Of a DNA stretch of 29,301 nt, positions 15,435 to 24,150 are shown piece by piece. Below the pieces are notes generated by a model. That model was given only the letters and a program-made list of their open reading frames with translations. It ran no database searches and was not told the origin of the DNA. The position numbers and the translations under genes are program-made. Position 1 is the first letter of the stretch, and every line of letters starts with the position of its first letter. Origin of the DNA: Steroidobacteraceae bacterium (lineage in GTDB: Bacteria; Pseudomonadota; Gammaproteobacteria; Steroidobacterales; Steroidobacteraceae); the NCBI GenBank assembly GCA_035761885.1, contig DASTQG010000405.1, positions 1 to 29,301 on the forward strand. Direction: 5' to 3'.

Positions 15435-16669
15435 GCGCAGCGATCGCGGGGCTCGCGGCACGCAGTCTCTGGAACCGGCGCGGGACGGCACTGCTCACGG
15501 TAATCGCGATCGCCGTCAGCGTCACACTGCTGCTGGGCGTACAGAAGATGCGCAGTGCCGCTCGTGACAGCTTCGCCAACACGCTCTCGGGCACGGACCT
15601 GATCGTCGGCGCGCGCAGCGGGCCGGTGAACCTGCTGCTGTACTCGGTGTTTCGCATCGGCGATGCGACCGCGAACGTTTCCTGGCCCACCTACCAGCGC
15701 GTGGCCCGTCATCGCGACGTCGCCTGGACGATTCCGCTCTCGCTCGGTGATGCGCATCGCGGCTTTCGAGTGCTCGGCACGACGCGGGCCTACTTCGAGC
15801 ACTATCGCTATGCGCGAACCCATGCGCTCGAGTTCGCGCAGGGCGCCGCGTTCGCGGAGCTGCACGATGCCGTTCTCGGCGCGGAGGTTGCGCGCACGCT
15901 CGAGTATCGGCTCGGCGATGCGCTGGTCATCGGGCACGGCCTGGGCGAGGTCAGCTTCAGTGAGCACGACGATCAGCCGTTTCGTGTCGCCGGTATCCTC
16001 GCGCCCACCGGCACGCCCGTGGATCGCACGGTGCACGTGAGCCTGGAAGCGGTCACCGCGATCCACGACGCAGGCAGGCCCGCGGCGGACGAGGTCCGCG
16101 CGCGCGACCTCACGCCACCTGCAATCACTGCTTTCCTCGTCGGCATGAAGAGCAAGGACACGGTGCTGAAGATGCAGCGCGCCCTGAACGAGTATCCGGG
16201 CGAGGCGTTGCTCGCGATCATCCCGGGAACGGCGCTGCAGCAGCTGTGGAGCGTCGTCGGCATCGCCGATCGCGCGCTCATGGTCGTCGCCGCCTTCGTG
16301 GTGCTCGCCGGGCTCCTCGGCATGCTCACCGCGATTCTCACCAGCCTCAACGAGCGGCGGCGCGAGATGGCGATCCTGAGATCGGTGGGTGCGCATCCGC
16401 TGCACGTGTTCGCGTTGCTGCTCTCGGAGGCCGGTTTGCTCGCACTCGTGGGCGTGCTCGCCGGCATCGGGATCGCTTACGCGCTGCTCGCGATCGCACA
16501 GCCGTTGCTGATCGAGCACTACGGGCTGTTCGTGACGATCGGCGGCCTGAGCGGCTACGATCTCGGCTTGCTGGCCGCGGTGGTGGTCGCCGCCGTGCTC
16601 ATGGGGCTGATTCCCGCGTGGCGCGCCTATCGCAACTCCCTCGCCGACGGATTGTCGATCAGGGTCTGA
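15431..16669 (+). CDS. ABC permease, FtsX/MacB-like (ZrgC/PA4065-like), 412 aa
   Basis: GTGA overlap with the ATPase gene. DLIVGARSG, LLLYSVFRIG, PLSLGDAHRGFRVLGT, GTPVDRTVHVSL and SLNERRREMAILRSVGA. Confidence 0.9.
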   Translation: MSAAIAGLAARSLWNRRGTALLTVIAIAVSVTLLLGVQKMRSAARDSFANTLSGTDLIVGARSGPVNLLLYSVFRIGDATANVSWPTYQRVARHRDVAWTIPLSLGDAHRGFRVLGTTRAYFEHYRYARTHALEFAQGAAFAELHDAVLGAEVARTLEYRLGDALVIGHGLGEVSFSEHDDQPFRVAGILAPTGTPVDRTVHVSLEAVTAIHDAGRPAADEVRARDLTPPAITAFLVGMKSKDTVLKMQRALNEYPGEALLAIIPGTALQQLWSVVGIADRALMVVAAFVVLAGLLGMLTAILTSLNERRREMAILRSVGAHPLHVFALLLSEAGLLALVGVLAGIGIAYALLAIAQPLLIEHYGLFVTIGGLSGYDLGLLAAVVVAAVLMGLIPAWRAYRNSLADGLSIRV

Positions 16670-16685
16670 AGATCGAGGATTGCCG

Positions 16686-17198
16686 ATGAACCGCTGGCTG
16701 TGCGCCGTTTTCATTACCTTTGCGTTGGTCGGGCTCGCGCCACAGGGCGCTGGCGCGGAGGTGCGGCAGATCGACTGGGAAGAACTGCTGCCCGAGAACG
16801 AGCGCGGTCAATTCAGCTCCGGCGCGCCCGCGCCCGTGCACGACTACCTGTCGGGCGAGAGCGGGCCTGCGGCCGCGCAACAGGTGTCGGTGGGCGTGAA
16901 TGCGCAGCTCGACGGACGCACGGTGAGGATTCCGGGGTTCATCGTTCCGCTCGACCTCGACGAGGACAGCAAGGTCATCGAGTTCTTCCTCGTGCCGTAT
17001 TTCGGCGCGTGCATCCACGTGCCGCCGCCGCCCGCGAACCAGATCGTGTATGTCACGCTCGAGAAAGGGGTCGCGCTGGATTCGATGTACGAGGCGTACT
17101 GGATCACGGGCGAGCTCAGCGTGAAGGACAAGCAGACCCGCCTCGGCGCCGCGGCGTACACACTCGCCGGCCGCCAGATCGAGGTCTACAAGTACTGA
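16686..17198 (+). CDS. DUF3299 domain protein (ZrgD-like), 170 aa
   Basis: IDWEELLP, VRIPGFIVPL and EFFLVPYFGACIHVPPPPANQIVYV. Confidence 0.9.
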   Translation: MNRWLCAVFITFALVGLAPQGAGAEVRQIDWEELLPENERGQFSSGAPAPVHDYLSGESGPAAAQQVSVGVNAQLDGRTVRIPGFIVPLDLDEDSKVIEFFLVPYFGACIHVPPPPANQIVYVTLEKGVALDSMYEAYWITGELSVKDKQTRLGAAAYTLAGRQIEVYKY

Positions 17199-17702
17199 AT
17201 GCACATTCGCAACGCCACCCCCGCGGACGTCGACGCGCTGTCCGAGCTCGGCCGCGTCACATTCATCGAGGCTTTCGGGCATCTGTACTCGCCCGAAGAC
17301 CTGGCAGCGTTCCTGGAAGACTCGCACTCACCCGCCGCGTACCGCCGCATTCTCGAGGCGGATATCGTGCTCCTCGCCCAGGAGGGCGACGAGCTGCTCG
17401 GCTACTGCACGGGTGGCAGGTGCAAGCTGCCGGTGCAATCGCTGGAGCCCGCCGCCGGCGAGATCAAGCGCGTGTACGTGCGCGCCGCCGCGCACGGCCG
17501 CAAGGCCGGTTCACAGCTCCTGGATCGTCTGATCGCCGAGCTCGAAGCGCGCCGGCACCACCCGTTGTACGTGGGCGTGTGGTCGCAGAATCACGGTGCG
17601 CAGCGCCTGTACCTGCGCTACGGCTTCGAGAAGGTGGGCGAGTACGAGTTTCCGGTCGGCAAGCACCTCGATCGCGAGTTCATCCTGCGCCGCCCGCCGT
17701 GA
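17199..17702 (+). CDS. GNAT family N-acetyltransferase (PaiA-like), 167 aa
   Basis: TFIEAFGHLY, EIKRVYV, HGRKAGSQL and LYVGVWSQNHGAQRLYLRYGFEKVGEY. Starts immediately after the DUF3299 stop. Confidence 0.9.
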   Translation: MHIRNATPADVDALSELGRVTFIEAFGHLYSPEDLAAFLEDSHSPAAYRRILEADIVLLAQEGDELLGYCTGGRCKLPVQSLEPAAGEIKRVYVRAAAHGRKAGSQLLDRLIAELEARRHHPLYVGVWSQNHGAQRLYLRYGFEKVGEYEFPVGKHLDREFILRRPP

Positions 17703-17724
17703 AAAGGGGACTGTCCCCTTTTCA
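17700..17724. repeat. 25-bp perfect palindrome of the AAAAGGGGAC(A/T)GTCCCCTTTT family; probably also a bidirectional terminator
   Basis: TGAAAAGGGGAC-T-GTCCCCTTTTCA. Contains the GNAT stop codon and sits between convergent genes. Confidence 0.8.
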
Positions 17725-17733
17725 GAAACGTGT

Positions 17734-20085
17734 TCAGAAACGATAGCGGACCTTCAGCAGCACCTGGTCGGCGTCGCGCAGCTCGGTGGCGCGCTGGAAC
17801 AGGTCCATGCCGCTCTCGCGCGGGGAGTCGATGAACTCCAGGCCGCCGCGGCTGTAGACGACGTACAGGTCCGACAGCGGCGCGATCTCGTAGCGATAGC
17901 GCAGCTGCACGCCGAAGTTCGCGACCGCGAAATCCTCGGTGGTTTCGTCGACCGGCACGAGTCGCCCGCCCTCGCCGATCTGGTAGACCTGCCTCGCGCG
18001 CGCATCGATCGTGAGCCACTGCGCGCGCAGTCGCAGCTCGTGGCGCGGCGCCGGAAACCAGTTCGCGCTCAGGTCCACGCTGAGCTGGCGTTGCGAGAAA
18101 CTCGCGAGCCGGTCGCCTTCGAGCCAGAGCAGCCAGTCCTCGCTCCAACGCGGCCAGACATCGAGGTCGAAGTTGAGCTGCTCGGTCGCATACCACGTGA
18201 CCGTCGGCTCCAGCTGCAGCGCCCAGTCGTCCACGCCCTGCTGGAACGCCCAGACGCCGAACGAGCCGCGCCAGTGGGCATAGCGCGGCGTCTGGTGCAG
18301 GTCGAACACGCTCCAGCGCGGCTCGAGGTAAACGTCGCCGTTGCCGCGCGAGATGAGATCGTCGAAGCCTGCGGTGTCGTACACCAGTTCCAGGTAGGTC
18401 AGGCTTCCACCCCGGTACTCCTGCGTGCGCTTCAGCTCCCACTCATCCACGAGATCCGTGTGTGCCGTGTTGCGCGCCTGGGTCGTTTCCAGCTCCCAGA
18501 TCACCGAGGCGGTGGCGGCATCCGGCGCAAAGTCGGTGCGCTCGAAAGTCACCTCCGCGCTCACCTCTTCCAGGTCGTTGCGCGGCAGGTAGCCCAGGTC
18601 GTTGAAGTCGATCCGATCGTCGTAGCGCAGTGCCTCGAGCGTGTAGTTCCAGCGATCCGAGTGGCGATATTCGAGCCGCGTCCAGCCGCCGCGCCCCTTC
18701 GCCTCTTCGCCCAGTTCCTCGATGCGGCTCTCGTTGAACTGCCCGCGCACGCGCCAGTGCTCGCTCGGCTTGAAGTCGTAGTCGACCGTGTGGACCAGCG
18801 CCTCGCGGTCGAGGGTCGGCCGCTCGGTCCACGTCCCGAGATAGCCGACGGCCCATTGCTCACGAGTCAGGTTCACGCGCGCGGCGGCGAAGGTGCGGCC
18901 GAACTCGTCGGCTTCCTGCGCGGCCAGCAATCCGTAGTCGAGTCCCGCCGCCGCGCCGATGATCTTGGCGGCGCCGTCGATGTCGCTCGCCGCGCCGTCG
19001 ACGTCGTTCGGGCCGCCAATGCGTCGCGTGTAGATGAGATAGCCGTCGGTGGGCGTGCGCAGGTCGAAGATGCCCTGGTTCTCGGTGAAGAATGGCCGCT
19101 TGTCGCTGAAGAAGGTCTCGATCGCGGAGAAATCGATGACCAGGTCATCGCTCTCCACCTGGCCGAAATCCGGATTGAGCGTCGCGGCCAGCATGAAGCT
19201 GCCACTCGGCTTCCAGAACACGTCGAGTCCCGCCTTGAACTCGCTGTCGTCGTTCACGTGATCGCTCAGCGCCGTGGCGTAGGGCCACACGTCGAACACG
19301 CTCTGGTCGTAGCGGGGCACCTCGAGCGGCGCGAACTCGGAGACGAAACGCTCGCGCTCGAAGTGCGCGGCCGGAAAGGCCGAGCGTTCGGCGGTGACGT
19401 AGAGGTAGCGCGACAGGTAGATGCCGATCGTGCGCGTGGGACCTTGCGCCTTGCGCATGGTCGCGATCGACCAGGGCAGCAGGATCTCGACGCTCCAGCG
19501 CCCCTCCTCCTCGTGCACGGCCCGCTCCCACAGACCGTCCCAGTCGTTGTTGAACTGCGTTTCGTTCGTGATCGTGGCGTCGCGGTAGGTGCCGCTCAGG
19601 GCGACCGCGAACTCGTAGCCGACGTTGCCGCTGCCCTCGAAGTCCACCATGAGCAGCACCGCGTCGCTGTCGAGGCGACTCGCATCGCGCGCGAGGATCG
19701 TGCGCGTGCGCGGCACGTCGGGCGGATGCGTGCAGATGAAGGCGACCGCGAGTCCCTCGGGCGTCGCGAGCACGCGCGCCTCGGTGGGCAGTTGCGGTGC
19801 GCCCAGCGTGTAGGGTTGCGTCACCACGAAGTCGCGATACACGCGCGCATCCGCCCACTGCGGCTCGTCGGGGCGACCGTCGATCGTGAGCGCGGCCGCG
19901 TGCGCGCCCGCGGCAGGCACGAGCAGAGCGAGCAGCAGTGGAACAGGTACCGGACTTTGCAATATTGCAATTCTCGGAGGGAGAGCACCGAGAATCGCAA
20001 TATTGCAAAGTCCGGTACCTGATGCGGATTGTAGGCCAGGGATTGCGGGCTTGCATGGCACGCACGGTTGCGGTACCAAGCGCAC
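17734..20085 (-). CDS. DUF5916-type outer-membrane protein with N-terminal CBM9-like domain; start uncertain
   Basis: [60 protein letters not shown] and C-terminal KVRYRF. The signal-peptide region is interrupted by a 78-bp palindrome. Confidence 0.85.
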   Translation of the reverse strand: MRLVPQPCVPCKPAIPGLQSASGTGLCNIAILGALPPRIAILQSPVPVPLLLALLVPAAGAHAAALTIDGRPDEPQWADARVYRDFVVTQPYTLGAPQLPTEARVLATPEGLAVAFICTHPPDVPRTRTILARDASRLDSDAVLLMVDFEGSGNVGYEFAVALSGTYRDATITNETQFNNDWDGLWERAVHEEEGRWSVEILLPWSIATMRKAQGPTRTIGIYLSRYLYVTAERSAFPAAHFERERFVSEFAPLEVPRYDQSVFDVWPYATALSDHVNDDSEFKAGLDVFWKPSGSFMLAATLNPDFGQVESDDLVIDFSAIETFFSDKRPFFTENQGIFDLRTPTDGYLIYTRRIGGPNDVDGAASDIDGAAKIIGAAAGLDYGLLAAQEADEFGRTFAAARVNLTREQWAVGYLGTWTERPTLDREALVHTVDYDFKPSEHWRVRGQFNESRIEELGEEAKGRGGWTRLEYRHSDRWNYTLEALRYDDRIDFNDLGYLPRNDLEEVSAEVTFERTDFAPDAATASVIWELETTQARNTAHTDLVDEWELKRTQEYRGGSLTYLELVYDTAGFDDLISRGNGDVYLEPRWSVFDLHQTPRYAHWRGSFGVWAFQQGVDDWALQLEPTVTWYATEQLNFDLDVWPRWSEDWLLWLEGDRLASFSQRQLSVDLSANWFPAPRHELRLRAQWLTIDARARQVYQIGEGGRLVPVDETTEDFAVANFGVQLRYRYEIAPLSDLYVVYSRGGLEFIDSPRESGMDLFQRATELRDADQVLLKVRYRF
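19944..20021. repeat. 78-bp palindromic REP/MITE-like element, copy B (CAGGTACCGGACTTTG family)
   Basis: Arms 19944-19977 / 19988-20021 pair at 33/34 and carry the 14-bp palindrome TTGCAATATTGCAA (perfect in the left arm). Confidence 0.9.
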
Positions 20086-20106
20086 GTACGATTAAGGGAC
20101 TTCCTG

Positions 20107-20451
20107 ATGCCTACTCTGTTTGAAAAGATCATTGCCGGCGAGCTGCCCGCGGCCATCGTGCACAAGGACGATCGCGTCACCGCGTTCCGGGACATCCGTC
20201 CCGCCGCGCCGACGCACATCCTGATAGTGCCGAACAAGCCGATCCCCACGGCCAACGACATCCAGGACGGCGACGAGGCGCTGATCGGTCACCTGGTGAC
20301 CGTGGCCCGCGATCTCGCGCGCAAGGAAGGCATCGCCGACAACGGCTATCGCCTCATCATCAATTGCAATGCGCACGGCGGTCAGGAGGTCTACCACCTG
20401 CACCTGCACCTGCTCGGCGGCCGGCCCCTCGGCCCGATGCTCACGCGCTGA
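20107..20451 (+). CDS. hinT: HIT family purine nucleoside phosphoramidase (HinT-like), 114 aa
   Basis: [29 protein letters not shown] and [15 protein letters not shown] (histidine triad). Confidence 0.93.
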   Translation: MPTLFEKIIAGELPAAIVHKDDRVTAFRDIRPAAPTHILIVPNKPIPTANDIQDGDEALIGHLVTVARDLARKEGIADNGYRLIINCNAHGGQEVYHLHLHLLGGRPLGPMLTR

Positions 20452-20463
20452 AAGGAGAATCGA

Positions 20464-21522
20464 TTGGCCAGCAAACGTGGCGCGGCAAAGCGCGGCAAGA
20501 GTGTGTCCTCCGCCAGGGTGCGCAAGAAGTCGCGCGGCAGCGCGCGCAAGGGCAAGACGGCGAAGCCGGCGCGGCGTGCACTCTATCCGGTGATCGAGCC
20601 CTATCGCACAGGCATGCTGCGCGTGTCGCCGGTGCACGAGCTGTACTACGAGGAATGCGGCAACCCGAAGGGCAAGCCCGCGCTGTTCGTGCACGGCGGG
20701 CCCGGCGCGGGCGCCGGCAAGGACTCGCGGCGTTTCTTCGACCCGAAGCGCTATCGCATCGTGCTGTTCGACCAGCGCGGCTGCGGACGCAGCAAGCCGC
20801 ACGCATCCCTCGAGGACAACACGACCTGGCACCTCGTGTCCGACATCGAAGCGCTGCGCGAGCACCTCGGCATCGATCGCTGGCTCGTGTTCGGCGGGTC
20901 GTGGGGCAGCACGCTCGCCCTCGCCTACGCGCAGTCGCATCCGGCGCGCGTGACCGAGCTGGTCCTGCGCGGCATCTTCATGTTGCGCCAGGCCGAGATC
21001 CACTGGTTCTACCAGGACGGCGCGAGCGCGTTGTTCCCGGATCGCTGGGAGGAGTACCTGGCGCCGATCCCGGTCGCGGAACGTGGCGATCTCGTCGCCG
21101 CGTACTATCGACGACTCACGAGCGATGATCGCGCGACTGCGGTCGAAGCGGCACGCGCCTGGTCGATCTGGGAGGCAGCGACCAGCCACCTGCTCGTCAA
21201 CGAGCAGAACGTGCGCAAGTGGGGCGAGGAAGAATTCGCCGTCGCGGTCGCGCGCATCGAGTGCCACTACTTCGTGCACCGCGGCTTCTTCCAGCACGAG
21301 GATCAGCTGCTGCGCAACGTGGAACGCATCCGCAAGATCCCCGCGGTGATCGTGCAGGGACGCTACGACGTCGTGTGCCCGATCATGAGTGCGTGGGCGC
21401 TGCACCGCGCCTGGCCCGAGGCGGACTTCCGCATCGTTGCCGATGCCGGGCATTCGGCCTTCGAGCCGGGAACCGCCGACCAGCTGCTCGCGGCCACGGA
21501 CCGCTTCGCGCGCTCGCGCTGA
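20464..21522 (+). CDS. pip: Prolyl aminopeptidase (proline iminopeptidase) with basic N-terminal extension
   Basis: AGGAG RBS before TTG. LYPVIEPY, HGGPG, FDQRGCGRS, FGGSWGSTL nucleophile, QGRYD and AGHSAFE. Confidence 0.95.
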   Translation: MASKRGAAKRGKSVSSARVRKKSRGSARKGKTAKPARRALYPVIEPYRTGMLRVSPVHELYYEECGNPKGKPALFVHGGPGAGAGKDSRRFFDPKRYRIVLFDQRGCGRSKPHASLEDNTTWHLVSDIEALREHLGIDRWLVFGGSWGSTLALAYAQSHPARVTELVLRGIFMLRQAEIHWFYQDGASALFPDRWEEYLAPIPVAERGDLVAAYYRRLTSDDRATAVEAARAWSIWEAATSHLLVNEQNVRKWGEEEFAVAVARIECHYFVHRGFFQHEDQLLRNVERIRKIPAVIVQGRYDVVCPIMSAWALHRAWPEADFRIVADAGHSAFEPGTADQLLAATDRFARSR

Positions 21523-21546
21523 AGCGGTCCGCTTGCCTACGCGTTG

Positions 21547-21621
21547 GACGGTGCCGGGTTTGCGTTATTCGCGGTATTGGCGCCCTGCCAATACCGCAAA
21601 TAACGCAAACCCGGCACCGTC
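21547..21621. repeat. 75-bp near-perfect palindrome between convergent pip and aroE
   Basis: Arms 21547-21581 / 21587-21621 pair at 34/35 around a 5-nt loop. Overlaps the aroE stop codon. Confidence 0.9.
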
Positions 21622-22447
21622 ACAGCGCCAGCAACGCCTCCAGCACCGGTCGCGTGTCGGGGCGCACGCCGCGCCAGAGGTTGAACGACTCGGCCGCCTG
21701 TTCCACCAGCATGCCCCAGCCTTTCTGCGCCATGCTCGCGCCGTTCGCCTTGGCCCAGCGCGTGAAACTCGTTTCATCCTTGCCGTACGCCATGTCGTAG
21801 CACAGCGTGTGCGGTCCGATCAGCTCGGGCGGCACCGGCGGCACTTCGCCCTTCAGGCTCGCGGAGGTCGCATTGATGAGCAGGTCCACCGGCTCGCGCG
21901 CAAGGTCTTCGAAGCCGCAACCGGTCACCTTGCCGAGCTCGGCGAATTCCGCGGCCAGCTCCACCGCGCGCTCGGGCGTGCGGTTCGCGATGACGAGCGC
22001 GGCAGTGTCCGATTGCAGGAGCGGTGCGATCACGCCGCGCGTCGCGCCGCCCGCGCCGAGGATCAGCACGCGCCGCCCACTGAGCTCGAAGCCGATGTTG
22101 GCCACGAGATCCGCGATCAGACCCGCCCCGTCGGTGTTGTCGCCCAGCAACTCGTTGTCCGAACCCATCGCGATGGCGTTCACGGCGCCCGCGCGCTCGG
22201 CGCGTCCGGTCATGCGATTGACCAGCTCGGCCGCCGCCCGCTTGTGCGGCACGGTGATGTTCAGTCCGCGGCCGCCCCCCGTGAAGAATTCCAGGGCCGC
22301 GGCGCGAAAGCGCTCGGGCGGCACGTCGAACAGCTTGTAGCTGAGCGCGATCCCGGACTGCTTGGCGAACATCCCGTGGATGAACGGCGACCAGCTGTGG
22401 CCCACGGGATGGCCCATCAGACCGTAGCGCTCGGGCTCTTTTTTCAT
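21620..22447 (-). CDS. aroE: Shikimate dehydrogenase
   Basis: GHPVGHSWSP, GLNITVPHK, GAVNAI, GDNTDGAG, ILGAGGA, INATSASL and GMLVEQAAESF. Confidence 0.97.
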   Translation of the reverse strand: MKKEPERYGLMGHPVGHSWSPFIHGMFAKQSGIALSYKLFDVPPERFRAAALEFFTGGGRGLNITVPHKRAAAELVNRMTGRAERAGAVNAIAMGSDNELLGDNTDGAGLIADLVANIGFELSGRRVLILGAGGATRGVIAPLLQSDTAALVIANRTPERAVELAAEFAELGKVTGCGFEDLAREPVDLLINATSASLKGEVPPVPPELIGPHTLCYDMAYGKDETSFTRWAKANGASMAQKGWGMLVEQAAESFNLWRGVRPDTRPVLEALLAL

Positions 22448-22479
22448 GACCCCCCGGGTTGAGGTAGATTGAGCGCCCT

Positions 22480-22505
22480 GTAATCCCCGCGCGCAATCCC
22501 CGGTC
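22480..22505 (+). promoter_or_regulatory. Possible ECF-sigma autoregulatory promoter
   Basis: GTAATC-N16-GGTC, 7 nt before the sigma ATG. It resembles the GTAAC-N16-CG(A/T) type of ECF promoter, matched by eye only. Confidence 0.3.
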
Positions 22506-22512
22506 CTTATAC

Positions 22513-23043
22513 ATGACTCGATCCCAGGACGGAACGGATCGGCAGCAGCGCTTTACGGCGCTGTGCAGCGCTCTGCGCCCGGACGTTTACCGCTTCGCGT
22601 TCTGGCTGAGTCGCGATCGCGCGGTCGCCGAGGACGTGGTGCAGGAAACGCTGCTGCGCGCCTGGCGGGCGATCGACGATCTCAAGGAGGAACGCTCGGC
22701 GCGGCACTGGCTGCTCACGATCGCCCGGCGCGAGCACGCGCGCCTGTACGAGCGCAAGCGCCTGGAACTGGTGGACGTCGATGTGCTCGTGGCGCGCGAG
22801 GAACCAGTCCTCGGGGCGACCGAGGATGGCGAGATCGAGGAGCTGAGGCGCGCGATGTTCCGGCTGGACGACGAGTACCGCGAGCCGCTGGTGTTGCAGG
22901 TGCTGCTGGGCTATTCGACGGAGGAAATCGCAACGCACATGGGGTTGAACACGGGAGCGGTGCTGACACGGTTGTTTCGTGCCCGCAACCGCCTGCGCAA
23001 GGTCCTGGCCTCGGGAGAGGCAGGCAAGACGGGTACGCGATGA
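22513..23043 (+). CDS. ECF RNA polymerase sigma-70 factor, 176 aa
   Basis: Region 2 AEDVVQETLLRAW and WLLTIARRE. Region 4 YREPLVLQVLLGYSTEEIA...AVLTRLFRAR. Confidence 0.95.
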   Translation: MTRSQDGTDRQQRFTALCSALRPDVYRFAFWLSRDRAVAEDVVQETLLRAWRAIDDLKEERSARHWLLTIARREHARLYERKRLELVDVDVLVAREEPVLGATEDGEIEELRRAMFRLDDEYREPLVLQVLLGYSTEEIATHMGLNTGAVLTRLFRARNRLRKVLASGEAGKTGTR

Positions 23044-23702
23044 ATTGTCTGGAATATCGGCGCGCCGTGGGCGCGGAGCCGCATCGTGCGGACGCTGAGC
23101 TCGACGCACATGCGCGCGGTTGCGCGGCGTGCTCCGAGTACACCGAGCAGATGCGCAGGCTCGACGCGCGCATCGAGTCTGCCCTGCGCATTCCCGTGCC
23201 GCTGTGGTCATCGGTGGAAACGGTGCGCGAGCGCTGGACGCGGGCGCCGCTGGCTCTGGCCGCCAGCCTCATGCTCGCCGTCGCCGTTGCTTCCATTCTG
23301 TGGATGCTCATGCCGCGGACCTCCATCGCCGCCGACGTCATTGCGCACATGCAACATGAGCCCGATGCAATGGCGACGACCGAACCGATTCCAGATTCCG
23401 CTGTCGCATACGTCCTCGAACGGGCCGGGCTGAAAGTGCATCTATCCCCGGGTTCCGTGACGTATGCGCAGAGTTGCCTGGTCCGGGGGCACTTCGTCCC
23501 GCATCTGGTGATGAACGAAGGCCGGGGCCCCGTGACGGTGCTGCTTTTGGCGCACGAGAAGGTGGATCGGGAGGAACATTTTTCGGAAGGCGGCTACACG
23601 GGCGTCATTTTTCCTGCCCCGCGCGGCGCGATCGCCGTGCTGACGCGGGACGAGTCGCAGGTGGAAGCCATCGCCCGGCGCCTCGCCGGTTCACTGCAGT
23701 AG
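23040..23702 (+). CDS. Putative anti-sigma factor, DUF3379-like, 220 aa
   Basis: ATGA overlap with the sigma gene. N-terminal MNCLEYRR...HARGCAAC (zf-HC2-like), one TM helix, then IAHMQHEP and CLVRGHFVPHLV. Confidence 0.8.
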   Translation: MNCLEYRRAVGAEPHRADAELDAHARGCAACSEYTEQMRRLDARIESALRIPVPLWSSVETVRERWTRAPLALAASLMLAVAVASILWMLMPRTSIAADVIAHMQHEPDAMATTEPIPDSAVAYVLERAGLKVHLSPGSVTYAQSCLVRGHFVPHLVMNEGRGPVTVLLLAHEKVDREEHFSEGGYTGVIFPAPRGAIAVLTRDESQVEAIARRLAGSLQ

Positions 23703-23749
23703 AGGGAGTCCCGCGAGGGACGTCATCAACTCATCGAGGAGAAAGAACG

Positions 23750-24112
23750 ATGTCCAAGAAAGTCCTGAAGACGCCGCTCGCGCTCGCTATCGGAGCAGCA
23801 CTCACCGCATCGCTGGTCGGAACTGCCAGCGCTGCGACCTTCGAAATGACCACGCTGTCGAGCGCCTACATGGCCGCGGGCGATCCGGCGTCGGCGGATG
23901 CGAAGGCCAAGGAAGGGGAGAAGGAAGGCGAGAAGGGCAAAGAGGGCACCTGTGGCGAGGACAAGGGCAAGGAAGGCAGCTGCGGTGCTGGCAAGGAGAA
24001 GGGCAAAGAGGGCAGCTGCGGCGCGGGCAAGGAAAAGGGCAAAGAGGGCAGCTGTGGCGCGGGCAAGGAAAAGGGCAAAGAGGGCAGCTGCGGCGCCGAA
24101 GAAAAGAAGTAG
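23750..24112 (+). CDS. HvfA/bufferin-type (MNIO-substrate) RiPP precursor with 1x EGTCG + 4x EGSCG, 120 aa
   Basis: GAGGAG RBS. Sec signal peptide, leader FEMTTLSSAYM as in HvfA-like low-complexity proteins, and a K/E/G-rich tail with five regularly spaced Cys. Confidence 0.8.
   Translation: MSKKVLKTPLALAIGAALTASLVGTASAATFEMTTLSSAYMAAGDPASADAKAKEGEKEGEKGKEGTCGEDKGKEGSCGAGKEKGKEGSCGAGKEKGKEGSCGAGKEKGKEGSCGAEEKK
23933..24097 (+). repeat. Coding tandem repeat, mostly 36-nt units (KGKEGSCGAGKE)
   Basis: Unit AAGGGCAAAGAGGGCAGCTGCGGCGCGGGCAAGGAA with synonymous variation. The first unit is 30 nt. No spacers. Confidence 0.95.
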
Positions 24113-24150
24113 TAACCTCGCGCGCCACGCGGCGCACGTGTAATGATCCG

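Noticed and set aside
11984-20022. Long antisense ORFs (11984..13984 +, 15014..16714 -, 17596..20022 +)
   Set aside because: Each mirrors a well-supported gene on the opposite strand. Stop-poor antisense frames are expected at this GC content, and they show no protein motifs.
23933-24097. 36-nt repeats resembling a CRISPR direct-repeat length
   Set aside because: The units are contiguous with no unique spacers, vary at synonymous positions and encode the precursor's peptide repeats. No cas genes are present.
14365-24112. A single metal-homeostasis island linking the RAPP leader locus and the EGSCG precursor locus
   Set aside because: The loci are about 6-9 kb apart and separated by housekeeping genes (hinT, pip, aroE). 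There is no shared motif or island boundary, so co-location may be chance.
24112-24140. GTAACC after the precursor stop as a SigF-type -35 element
   Set aside because: There is no matching -10 (CGAA-like) at 16-nt spacing, and it lies just upstream of a terminator.
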